A program made the position numbers and the translations under genes. From Octopus bimaculoides (Eukaryota), in the NCBI RefSeq assembly GCF_001194135.2, contig NC_068996.1, positions 7,804,085 through 7,848,343 of the forward strand: a DNA stretch of 44,259 bases, read 5' to 3'. This document shows positions 10,480 through 21,549 of this stretch, one piece after another; the stretch's first letter is position 1; each line of letters starts with the position of its first letter. The notes under the pieces were generated by a model. That model searched no databases, was not told the origin of the DNA, and was given only the letters and a program-made list of their open reading frames with translations.

Positions 10480-12945
10480 ATCAGATGAGAGACATCACAA
10501 CAACCTAAGTAAATACAACTAGATACAGATTCTGACAGCAAGCTCTCTTCTTTGCTGTTATTTGGAGTAAAATATGGGACTTGATTAGCGAAAGGGAAGT
10601 GTGGGCCAAGCAAGAGGATAAGGAAAATGAAGCAGTGGGGAAGGGGAAAGAACAGCCTAAGAAAGCAATGGGAATGTGCAGAGGAAGATGAAAAACCTGG
10701 CCTCACTCAGCTGTACAAAGATTTAAAAAGAAAATGCCATTATGTGCAACAAAATATCTGCCGAAATGAATGAAGAAAAGAAAGCAAAAGAACTCATGAA
10801 CAGTTTCTGAAGAACTCATACAGGGTAACCAAGAAGCTGCTCACTGAACCAAAGAGTGATGCGAGCATCCAATTCTTCTTTTGCACACGATAAAGTGCCA
10901 AACTTACAGCAATGCAGATTATAACCAGCCACTGCCTCCTATAAATAAGCTAAAGAATCTCTTAAAACCTGATGTCAAATTTCAAATTGGGGACCTCAGG
11001 GAGAAAGAGGTGAATGATTTTGTGAGAAAAGCTTGAGCAAAGAGTGCCCCCAGTTGATGGCATCTCACATAACAAATATTGCAATCATCTACGAAAGAAG
11101 CTCTTTGTCCTACACTGACAGCTGTAGTGCGAAGAGCCTCTAGTAGAGGGTTGGTGTAAAGCAGAAGGCATATACCTGCTGAAGGAGGCCAATGCAGAGA
11201 CTATAAAACAGTTTAGGCCGATATCCTTATTGAATGTGGAAGACAAGATCTGTATGGGAAGTCTCTCAAGGAGAACAGTGGCATATTCACAGAGTAATGG
11301 ATATGCTGAAGAATCTGTTCAAAAGGCTGGAATCTCTGGGACTCCTGGATGTGTTGAGCATTAATTATCAATTTGGAAAGCGATCCAGGATGCCAAACAG
11401 AAAAAGAGAAGTCTGAATGTGGTATGGCTTGACCTAGCTAATGTATATGGCTCAGTGCCACACGAATTACTGCTAAGAGCCATGAACCACTTCCACATTC
11501 AAGACAAAGTGATCAAAATAATGAGGATATATTATGAGAAGTTTCAAGATGAGGTTTACAGCTGGAGATTTTACAACAGATTGGCACCGATTGGAGATTG
11601 GCATTACTGCTGGTTGCACAATATCTGTCACATGGTTTATCCTAGTCATGGAGACGATTTTGAAAGCAGTATACTTTTCAGAACAAATGCCCCATACACA
11701 ATCACCTAAGAAGGCCATCATGGAGGGCATGACACTTCTGTAGACAGACAATCAAATCATGCAGAGTGTTCTCTTGAAGATAGACATGCTGATGTGATAA
11801 AGGATGCAATTCAGGGTAAAAATCACAAGTAGTCTGACATTAATGGAGTGCAACAACAAGCTAAGTTTAAAATAACTGAGGAATGCATTCCAAAAGCCAA
11901 GGAAAAACCTGTTAAGAGCTTGGTGCATGTATAATGTACACCAATGTTCCAGTGTATACACTGTATATGCTGAAATATTGTCAGATGCAAATTATGAAAC
12001 AAGCCAAGGATGGGTTAACAGCAATTGATAACTCAAAGCTACCAGGTAAATATAAAATATGGTGCTTACACTTCGGCTTGTCTCTGCACCTTTTGTGGCC
12101 ACTTCTAATATACAAGGTGGCACTGTTACAAGTTCAAATCATTGAAAAAAAGTGTAATGTGTTCATGAGAAAGTGGCTCGGCCTACCTCAGACATTAAAC
12201 AGCTCAGCTCTTTATTGTAAACTGTTTGCAAGCATGATGCAGAGCGAACACAGATCTGTTGTTTGCTTTGACACTGTTGCTAAGGAAAGAGAGAGAAGAG
12301 AGCTTCATTTAATGCAATGCTCTCAACAAGGACAGATGATGAAATGGGAGGAACACATTGTTGAGAAAAATAAACTGGAATGAGAGATGGAGGTGGACTA
12401 CATCTCAGCTAAGTTTCCTAATTCGATCATCCTATAATGTCTTGCCATCGCCATCAAATCTAGTAAGATAGAACATATCAGAGAATGATAAATGCAGATG
12501 TGGAGAAAATGGAAAACTGAAACATATTCTTTCCAACTATTCACTGGCATTGGATACATGCAGACACAATCTGGTCCTTAAGGTTATTCTCAATTCTATA
12601 AAGAACCAAATTGCTCTCATCAACAGTGAAAAAAAAATACAATGAAAGAACCAACAAGAAATTTCAGTACCTTTGAGTGCTCAGGACAGCAGATCCATTT
12701 GAGGAAGAACAAACTCCCTGTGAGTGATGAGAAGTGGAATAGCTACTGAGAGAAGTCTACAGATTTACCAGGGTGCCAAGGATTCTTTGCCATTCCAGTT
12801 ACAAAGAAAGCGGATATCATAATATGGTGTGAAAGAAAAAAAAGTGGTAAATCTAGTTGAGTTAATGGTTCCACATGAAGACAACGTGGATGCCGCTCAG
12901 GCTCAAAACACTGACCATTATATAAACCTCCTTGAGGAATGTGAA
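10480..12945 (+). mobile_element. Hero-like non-LTR retrotransposon D (RT, CCHC and restriction-like endonuclease; pseudogenised)
   Basis: QFRPISLLNVEDKI, QKAGISGTPGCVEH, VWLDLANVYGSVPH, WHRLEIGITAGCTIS, KYKIWCLHFGL, MMKWEEHIVE, and C-terminal ADIIIWCE...VELMVPHEDNVDAA (PD-(D/E)XK-type). There are many stops and frameshifts. Confidence 0.9.
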
Positions 12946-13105
12946 GAATGTACACTATCAAAAATACAAGTACATAGGTAAGTGTAAAAATATATATATA
13001 TATATATAAGGATATATAAGGATGAACAGAGGTCGCCGTGCTGCTGTTGTTGGGTACATCAGGGTATGTCGATTTGTTTATTCTTTATGTGTCTTGTCCA
13101 TATGT

Positions 13106-13174
13106 GCACTGATGAATAAAAGATGCAGTTTACTGCATAGTTTTGCTGTATTAATTATGAAACCAGTGGTTTGC
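13106..13174 (+). ncRNA. Putative type I hammerhead ribozyme, copy 1
   Basis: Stem I GCA/TGC; CTGATGA 13109-13115; stem II base ATAA/TTAT enclosing the ATGCAG/CTGCAT hairpin; GAAA 13159-13162; stem III ACC-AGT-GGT; H17=T13171. The A10.1-U11.1 pair and the long AU-rich stem II are atypical. Confidence 0.5.
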
Positions 13175-13604
13175 CGTTAAGTTTTTAGGTTAGCTTTGAT
13201 GGTTGCATTCCCTGCGATAGGTAAACATGTGCTTATTTTGGTAGTTTTGACTTATTAAGTCCCTCGAAGCGTGAGGCTTTATTTTATAATAATGCCCTTA
13301 TATGGATTATATTATATATATTTATGGGAAAAAATGATGGGTTTTTTTCCTTATGAGGTTTTTTTCATGCTGACTACTTGATAAATTCTTTAAAAGATTT
13401 TATCCTTATATTATATCACAAATAATTAGAATATATTCAGTGCTGAATATTATTCTGTAAAAGCACATGTTGCCGAAAATGTAACTTGAATAGCCCGCCT
13501 CTTTCACGGATATATAAGGATGAACAGAAGTCACCGTGCTGCTGTTGTTGGGTACATCAGGGTATGTCGATTTTTGTTTATTCTTTATGTGTCTTAACCA
13601 TACG

Positions 13605-13675
13605 TGCACTGATGAATAAAAGATGCAGCTTACTGCATAGTTTTGCTGTATTAATTATGAAACCAGTGGTTTGCA
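13605..13675 (+). ncRNA. Putative type I hammerhead ribozyme, copy 2
   Basis: Same core shifted by exactly +500 nt: CTGATGA 13609-13615, GAAA 13659-13662, predicted cleavage after 13671. Stem I TGCA/TGCA is 4 bp. Confidence 0.5.
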
Positions 13676-13810
13676 GTTAAGTTAAAAGTTTTTAGGAGGT
13701 TAGCTTTGAAGGTTGCATTCCCCACGATCGGTAAACATGTGCTTATTTTGGTAATTTTGACTTATTAAGTCCCTTTAAGCATGAGGCTTTATTTTATAAT
13801 AATGCCCTTA

Positions 13811-13811
13811 C

Positions 13812-13888
<77 letters not shown>
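13811..13888. repeat. Compound (TA)n(CA)n microsatellite
   Basis: Seen directly in the sequence. Confidence 0.95.
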
Positions 13889-13889
<1 letters not shown>

Positions 13890-15411
13890 GTTTCTTAGCA
13901 GACAAACAAGGTGTTTATATCTTTCTATCACATGCAGTGTTGGCAAAATATCTATAGATATATTAATAGAATAAGGATAACAATGAAATAAGAACAATGC
14001 ACCAGTAATTTATTAATGCAAACCAGGAAAAGTTTAGGCTATTTTGGCCAACACTGTAGTACACTTTCTTCCACCCCTTTCTGTTGTTCATGTGGCAACC
14101 ACACCAACCATGTAGCAACCGATGTTTCATTTCTTACACATACATACACACCCATAACTCAAAATAGTTTTAAGACAAAGTTGTGAGTGCATATATGAGC
14201 ATGAGAGCAGCAAAGACCAAGCAAGAAAAATAGAGAGATAAGTGGAATAAGAAAGAGGGTGTCGAGAGAGCCCAGTATCTGTTAGCCACTCAGTAATGAA
14301 GCTACAGCAATGCTATTGTAAAATGTTGAGTTTTGAATTAATAATAAACTGAACTGCACATGTTAATTACTCAAACTTTTGTGTGAAAACGTTTTCACAC
14401 CATATGTAGCTTCAAATATTAAATAAAATCAAGAATGGACACTAACAAGTTAGTGGTGAAATACAATATCTAAGAAGAAAAAAAAAATCATCATCGTTTA
14501 ACATTCATCTTCCATGCATGGATAGGAAAAATAATAAAGAAGACATAAGGCTTAAAATAATATGTAACATTTACTGTAGAAAGCAAATGAATTAATGATG
14601 TAAAACACAGCTGAACAAATACTGTTTTTAAAAATGCTAAATTTATTTAAGTAACTGTAATCATTGATTGTTATACTATAAAAAGTATAAACCTTGCTAA
14701 ATCTGCAAAAGATTCATCCACAAACAAATGAGGAAACTATGTAGTCATTTGACTTGCAAAAATAGCAGTCAATTTTCCCACAAATCATACCCAAAAGTCT
14801 TAAAAGAAATGAAACAAACAAAAAAAGATAAAGAGGAAACAAAAGAAACATTAATACAGTCCTAAAATACAATGTGTAGATGGGATTGTCATGAGGGATA
14901 TTTTTGACAATATGCTTACTCAAATCTGACATCTGGGAATTGAAACAAGAACAGATTTATTCCAATCCTGACAACATGAGCAAGGAGCAACAGTAACATC
15001 AATGACAGAAATAGATACTGTTCGAAAATATTTCAAGAGATATCATCTATCTTGTACTATATCTGTATTAAAACTTATCCAGAATACCAACTATTTTTAT
15101 TGGTCAGTGGACTTGAAACATTAAAAAAAAAAGAAAAAAAAAAAAAGCAGAAATATCAATGCTTTAGTCCAAATGAAGATTAAAGAGTGTGTTCATTTAG
15201 CAAAAAGCAAAAACAAAAATTACCATCCCTAAATATAGCATTTCAACAGATGATTTCATATTAGGAATCTTGCAAAAAAAAAAAATGTAACAGGCTAGCA
15301 AGATGTTGAACACTATAAATGCTTCATATCTACAAAAAGAAAACAAGAGAAAACAAGTGGAAATCGATGGAGGAAATTGCAAAGGAAGCTGTAAGAATCA
15401 GCAGGAAAATG

Positions 15412-16049
15412 TCAGTAATGATGGCACTAAAGCAGCAGCATGAAGGGAAAAGAGCAGCTTGGAACAATAAAACCACATGGCAAACAAAGGGCCGCTGGCA
15501 AGGAACGGGCCATCGGCAAAGAACGGACATATCAGCAATGAAAATGCCGTCGGCAAAGAAAGGGCCAACAGCAAAGAACAGTTCATTGGCAAAGAAAGGG
15601 CCAACAGCGTAGAAAGGCCCGTCAGCAAAGAACGGGTCGTTGGCAGAAGAAGGGGCCATTGGCAAAGAACGGCCCGTTGGCAAAGAACGGCCCATTGGCA
15701 AAGAACTGGCTGCAATGTGTATAAGCTGATGTTGTATTCTGTTTACCTTGCTCTTATTTACAAATGAGTTTGCACCTATCTTCAGATATAGATGAAGACC
15801 ACAGAAGATGAAAATGGAGCTAAATTAACTATTCACAAATGCATCTCAAGAAAAGCCATATCACTGTGAAAGGCCAACGGCAAAGGAAGGGCCCTTGGCA
15901 ACCAAGCTAAGTTGATCCAAGAAGGTCAAGTAGTTGACTAATTCTACCAATCCATTCCTGCTTTATAAATAAATAAAAAACATTGCAAATATGCCATCCT
16001 TTCATTGTTTTATGACTATATTAAATTCAATCCACATTTATTTCCTTTT
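15412..16049 (+). repeat. Segmental duplicate, copy 1, containing an 18-bp minisatellite (GGCAAAGAACGGCCCGTT-like, ~15478-15712)
   Basis: Aligns with 17856-18366. Copy 1 has more minisatellite units and ends at the N gap. Confidence 0.9.
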
Positions 16050-16567
16050 NNNNNNNNNNNNNNNNNNNNNNNNNNNNNNNNNNNNNNNNNNNNNNNNNNN
16101 NNNNNNNNNNNNNNNNNNNNNNNNNNNNNNNNNNNNNNNNNNNNNNNNNNNNNNNNNNNNNNNNNNNNNNNNNNNNNNNNNNNNNNNNNNNNNNNNNNNN
16201 NNNNNNNNNNNNNNNNNNNNNNNNNNNNNNNNNNNNNNNNNNNNNNNNNNNNNNNNNNNNNNNNNNNNNNNNNNNNNNNNNNNNNNNNNNNNNNNNNNNN
16301 NNNNNNNNNNNNNNNNNNNNNNNNNNNNNNNNNNNNNNNNNNNNNNNNNNNNNNNNNNNNNNNNNNNNNNNNNNNNNNNNNNNNNNNNNNNNNNNNNNNN
16401 NNNNNNNNNNNNNNNNNNNNNNNNNNNNNNNNNNNNNNNNNNNNNNNNNNNNNNNNNNNNNNNNNNNNNNNNNNNNNNNNNNNNNNNNNNNNNNNNNNNN
16501 NNNNNNNNNNNNNNNNNNNNNNNNNNNNNNNNNNNNNNNNNNNNNNNNNNNNNNNNNNNNNNNNNNN
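16050..16567. other. Assembly gap (N run)
   Basis: Run of N. Confidence 1.
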
Positions 16568-17855
16568 CGATGGCACCAGACATACCAGAGAAGCCACAGG
16601 CAATTAAAATAGTAAATCTCTCTCATAAAGAACTAACACCCAACCAGATAAACATACTATCCAAAGGACTAAAATTTACACCAACCCCACAACGACCAAA
16701 TTACCATGAAATGAAAGATGATATTTCTGAGTTTTGTAGAAAATTAAGATTAGCCGAGGAATTCTATGACAAACACATTGACGACGATTCAATAGCTAGA
16801 AATAGCAGCAACTACACCCCTACAAAGCCCTCGACCAATTCTGTGAGCACATCACCAATTACCCTTATCAATTCACAAATAAACAAAAACACAGACCAAA
16901 CTTCAACAAGAGACAATGGAACGACTTTAACGAACTGAAAGATAAAACCATAACAATCAAAGAGGCAGATAAAGGTAACGCAGCAGTCCTAATGAACACG
17001 GGGGACTATAAAAATCTAGTACTATCTCTATTAGGGGATGAGACATTACGAAAAGGCCCCACACTGTAACCAATATAAAATAATGAATAATCTCAGGACA
17101 TTACCTCATACCGAGATGGACTCACAGCCAAGGAATACGACTACATTACCAATTTCAAGGGTAAATCAAGTTTATTCTTCGTTATCCCCAAAATCCACAA
17201 AAGTAGAATAATAAGCGATGCATGAAAAGGAGCTACAGACATAATTATCAAGGTCCCCTCACCCGATGACCTGAAACTAAGACCAATAATAGCAGGTCCA
17301 GCATGTGAAACCCACCGCCTCAGCAGCTTCTTGGACACTCTACTGAAACCCTTCCTAAAACACACCAAGAGCTTTATAAGGGATGACCTGGACATGCTAA
17401 ACCACCTCCCAAAAACGGTCAATGAGAAAACACTACTAGTATCCTTCAACGTAGTCAACCTATATTCAAACATCCCACACACTCTAGGAATAGAGGCCAT
17501 CACATTCTGGTTAGACAATTACACCTATGAACTCCCCTCTCGCATTAAAAAAGAGCTTATAATAGAAAGATTAAGATTTATCCTAGAAAATAATTATTTT
17601 ATATTTAACAATGAATACTTCGACAAAAATGGGGACTGTAATGGGAACACAGACTGCGCCTTCTTGTGAACTTGGTCATGTGCTATCTCGAGATTAAACT
17701 ATTCCAGAGAACACTCGAGAAATATGGAGACTCCTTTTCCACCTACATTCAAAACAACTGGAAAAGATATCTCTATGACTGCATCATCCACTGGAATGAA
17801 AGTATAGGAAAACTCAACGAATTCCAAACACTTCTAAATGGAATAAAGGAAAACC
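16568..17855 (+). mobile_element. Penelope-like element (PLE) RT fragment, 3'-truncated
   Basis: IVNLSHKELT...ILSKGLKFTPTP, IKEADKGNAAVLMN, VIPKIHK, LRPIIAGPACETHRLS, LVSFNVVNLYSNIPH, KMGTVMG and RYLYDC (cf. RYLDDC). The sequence stops just before the expected 'KFTME' motif. Confidence 0.9.
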
Positions 17856-18366
17856 TCAGTAATGATGGCACTAAAGCATCAGTATGAAGGGAAAAGAGCA
17901 GCAAGGAACGGTAAAACCACAAGGCAAAGAACGGGCCGTCAGCAAAGAATGACCCCATCAGCAAACAACGGCCCGTCGGCAAAGAACGGGTCATTGGCAG
18001 AAGAATGGGCCGTTGGCAAAGAACGGCCCAACTACAAAGAACTGGCTGCAATGTGTATAAGCTGATGTTGTATTCTGTTTACCTTGCTCTTATTTACAAA
18101 TGAGTTTGCACCTATCTTCAGATATAGATGAAGACCACAGAAGATGAAAATGGAGCTAAATTAACTATTCACAAATGCATCTCAAGAAAAGCCGTATCAC
18201 TGTGAAAGGCCCACGGCAAAGGAAGGGCCCTTGGCAACCAAGCTAAGTTGATCCAAGAAGGTCAAGTGGTTGACTAATTTTACCAATCCATTCCTGCTTT
18301 ATAAATAAAAAAAACATTGCAAATACGCCATCCTATATTAAATTCAATCCACATTTATTTCCTTTT
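17856..18366 (+). repeat. Segmental duplicate, copy 2 (shorter minisatellite array)
   Basis: TCAGTAATGATGGCACTAAAGC ... CCACATTTATTTCCTTTT is nearly identical to 15412-16049 apart from minisatellite copy number and a short deletion. Confidence 0.9.
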
Positions 18367-18599
18367 TTCTCTTCAAAATCAATCAAACATCAAAGGCAAT
18401 ACAATAAAAAGCCAACCAACAGATGAGACATGGTTTGTCACTCTTCTAATCACACACAATGCTAACTTCACATTATGTCCCTCGTTTCACTTTAGTATCT
18501 CATTATTCCAAATCCACATTGGAGTTCATTAACCCTTTTTTGTTACCAAACCAAACTGATATAACCTCTGGTTCTACAATATACTGTTATCTCAGCCAC

Positions 18600-18720
18600 C
18601 TTTTTACCTGTAGACCTATAAGATTACTATTTTATTCTTGTGGATCCCAATAGTGATTTAATGCTTAAAAACTATGTTTATGTATTTCTTTTACAAGATC
18701 ACTGATGTGAAACTATAAGC
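18600..18720 (+). mobile_element. Internal fragment related to the hAT MITE at 23475
   Basis: TATTTTATTCTTGTGGATCC...CTATGTTTATGTA...CAAGAT...CTGATGTGAAACTA is shared with 23518-23605. Confidence 0.5.
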
Positions 18721-18782
18721 ATAGAGTTTACAAATTAGTTTTATAGAAACTGTGGTAATTGCATTGGATTATTGATATCTTG

Positions 18783-18784
<2 letters not shown>

Positions 18785-18826
<42 letters not shown>
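18785..18826. repeat. (TA)n microsatellite
   Basis: Seen directly in the sequence. Confidence 0.95.
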
Positions 18827-18827
<1 letters not shown>

Positions 18828-19991
18828 CTCAAGAGAGGTCTTGTGCAACCACATGCAAATCATGAGATGAGAGATGAATCAGGTCGCAGCCATAAAAGGG
18901 GTGATACCGCTATGTATGACAAAATACTAGCAACTGTACACTGTAGACCATAGAAGTGAGCTGTGTAATCTTGCAGTTATGAATATTCAACATGTTTTCT
19001 GTAACAGTGAAGCACAACATATAGTGACAAGGATCACATCCAGAAAACATAAACTTGAACAACTAGGAAGATGCTAATGCCTGGCTGATACTGTTCAAAG
19101 CAAAAACAGAGAGGCCGTTGAAGATGTCAAAAAGAAGCCAACAATTCTTTCTACCCGTGGAGTTGAAGCCATAATAAAGTTAAAAGATGTTCTTTACTTG
19201 TTAAGTCTTCAGAATGAGCATACCAACAAATAATTGCAAAACTAATGAAGCCAAAAGAGGCAATTGCGGACAGATTAAAATCATTGACTCTAAAGCAACG
19301 AGAAGAAGAGTCAATCAATAACTTTCTTGAGAATTAATTTTCAAGTTTCCATCTGTCATTTGAATAAGTTGAAAGAATATCCAGAAATCATGAAACTCAT
19401 TTTCATTGCAGGATTGTCGTCAGCAAAGATAAAGCTATAAATTTTAGAGGAGTTACAGTGTCATTCTAAAATTAATTACATTGAAATAGCTGCTCTTATA
19501 TCCACCATAGAATCAGAAACACTGTTTGTTAGTAGTTGACAAACAATAACAAACTTTAATGTCAAAAGAATACCCCGATCATGGTGTTGTAGTGAAATGT
19601 TAAAATTTTGGGTATACGCATAAAGCTCATGTGTGTCCAACATATGGAAAAAATTGTAATAAGTGCAGCAAATTAAGGTATTTTGCAAGATTTTGCCAAT
19701 CTAAAAATGATTGTTGTGTGGACAACAAATGTATCTCCAGGTGTGATCAGATCTGTCAACGGTTTGTTGCTAAATATGAACAACAAGAGTGCAAATAACA
19801 TGGGGTTTTGCAAGTGTTTTATAAATAGACAGAAGCGTAGGTATGAAAATGGATACTGGGGCAGCTTGTTCAATAATCCCATCATCATTTGCTTCACAGT
19901 TAGGTATCCCAATCAAATCATGCCACAATAGATGAACCACTTTCCATGGTTCAGATCTAAAGAGTGTTGGATCAATCTGAGTGACACTTAA

Positions 19992-20206
19992 CCCTTTAGC
20001 ATTTAAACCAGCCATATCCGACCAAAAGTATTCTGCCTGTTTTATGTTCAAACTGGCCAGATCTGGTCTCTCACACCAACCCTACAATATCATTTTAAAA
20101 ATTAAGTTACCTTATCCAAATCTCATAGCTACAAGATAATACATGATTAGTTCAAAACTGACGAAAAAAGCATTAATTTTGGCAGAATAATGCAAACACT
20201 AAAGGG
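19992..20206. mobile_element. piggyBac-type MITE (215 bp)
   Basis: TTAA|CCCTTTAG ... CTAAAGGG|CTAA gives 8-bp TIRs and a TTAA-type target site with one mismatch. A degenerate relative lies at 23811-24022. Confidence 0.75.
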
Positions 20207-21549
20207 CTAAACTCAACAACACCAATGATTCACATAAATTTATTGTGGTAGATAGCCCATACTCTTTTGGGTTGATTGGAAAACATTAAAGAACATTCAT
20301 TTTGTTTCCATTTAAACATGGATGTATTCCGAGAGGTTAAAGTTTTTATGGCTTGAGTGGACTGCTCTGATGTGAGATATAGCACAAGTTCAGCTACACA
20401 TGTTCCAGGACATTTGGAAAAAGTGAAAGATAAGTTAAAGAGGTTGGAAATGATGGGTATCTGCACACCCTCGGGTTATTCTGGAGTTGCATGTTCCTCA
20501 CTTGTGGTATGGCTGAGAAAAGATGGATCTCTTCACATGTGTCGATTATAAGGCTCATTTAAATGCACATATTGATACCGATTCTTTTCCCATACCTCCA
20601 ATCAACACCATCTTCTCCCGTATGTCAAGTGCAAAATTTTTCTCCACTCTCAATTAAAAGCATGCGTTTTGGAAAATACCTTTAGTGGAGAAAACAAGGC
20701 GGATTTGTGCTGTTAATACAACCAATGGTCTCTACCTAGTTAACTGACTCAAATGGGCCTTAAGAATTTGAGTGGCCTACTTCAGAACAGCATGGAAACT
20801 CTACTAAAAAGGATCAAAGGAGTATAGCCTCCTCTGTACCAAGAGGATAACTTCATCTGTGGTAGTAGCAAAGCAAAATTGACAAGCAGAGAAAATGCAC
20901 TAGTTGCAAGGCTAACCAAGGTGAAATTCTCCATTAACAAAGAAATGTCATTCTCCAGAAAAAGAAATTTGACTTTCCAGAGAATGAACATATCTGAATA
21001 GGGTATTTCTCTCTATCTCAGGATTTGGTAGTAAAACTAAAAGACATACAGGTACCGAAATCGAAGGAAGATATTGATAAAATAGTGGGTCTGACTAATT
21101 ACTACAGAAGATTTGTCCTGACGTATGCTGAAAAAGTAGAACCACTCTTATCAGCTACATCTAAAGAATTTAAATAGGGTAAAGAGCAAGATAAGGCCTT
21201 CCATATGCTTATCACTCATCTTTTGGAGGCCCCAGTTTTGCAACCATACTCAATGGAGATGAGCATTCTCACTATAGATGCATCCTTGACTGCAGTGGCT
21301 GGGTATTATCCCAGGAACAATACCCAGTAGCATTCATAAGCCACACATTTAGCCAGGCACAATGAAATTGGTCAAAGCAAGAGAGACAGGCTTATGTAGT
21401 GGCATGGTGCATAGATAGACTGCGGCATTTGCTTCTACAAAAGCAGTTTTATTTGGGGGAAAAAAATTCAGCCTTTAAAGACTCTGTTCACGAAGGATTT
21501 GGAAGTACCTGAACATGCTTCACAAAAAATAGCCAGGAATCTTGCAAAC

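Larger units (their letters stand above)
13010..13810 (+). repeat. Two ~290-300-bp direct repeats (13010-13300, 13508-13810) around a 207-bp spacer, inserted in (TA)n; each repeat carries an HHR-like motif
   Basis: The repeats align almost continuously by eye from GGATATATAAGGATGAACAG to ATAATAATGCCCTTA. (TA)n tracts flank both sides. Confidence 0.9.

Noticed and set aside
14714-14932. Hydrophobic minus-strand ORF with an internal acceptor-like tract
   Set aside because: The hydrophobicity comes from T-rich low-complexity sequence, all frames after the acceptor stop quickly, and no homology is recognisable.
15478-15712. Regular 18-bp repeats as a possible CRISPR array
   Set aside because: The units are head-to-tail with no unique spacers, the context is eukaryotic and there are no cas genes. 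This is a minisatellite.
15991-16938. Long ORFs spanning N runs (also 32523-33050 and 33177-34001)
   Set aside because: These are artefacts of translating gaps. Only the post-gap part of 15991-16938 is meaningful, as PLE sequence.
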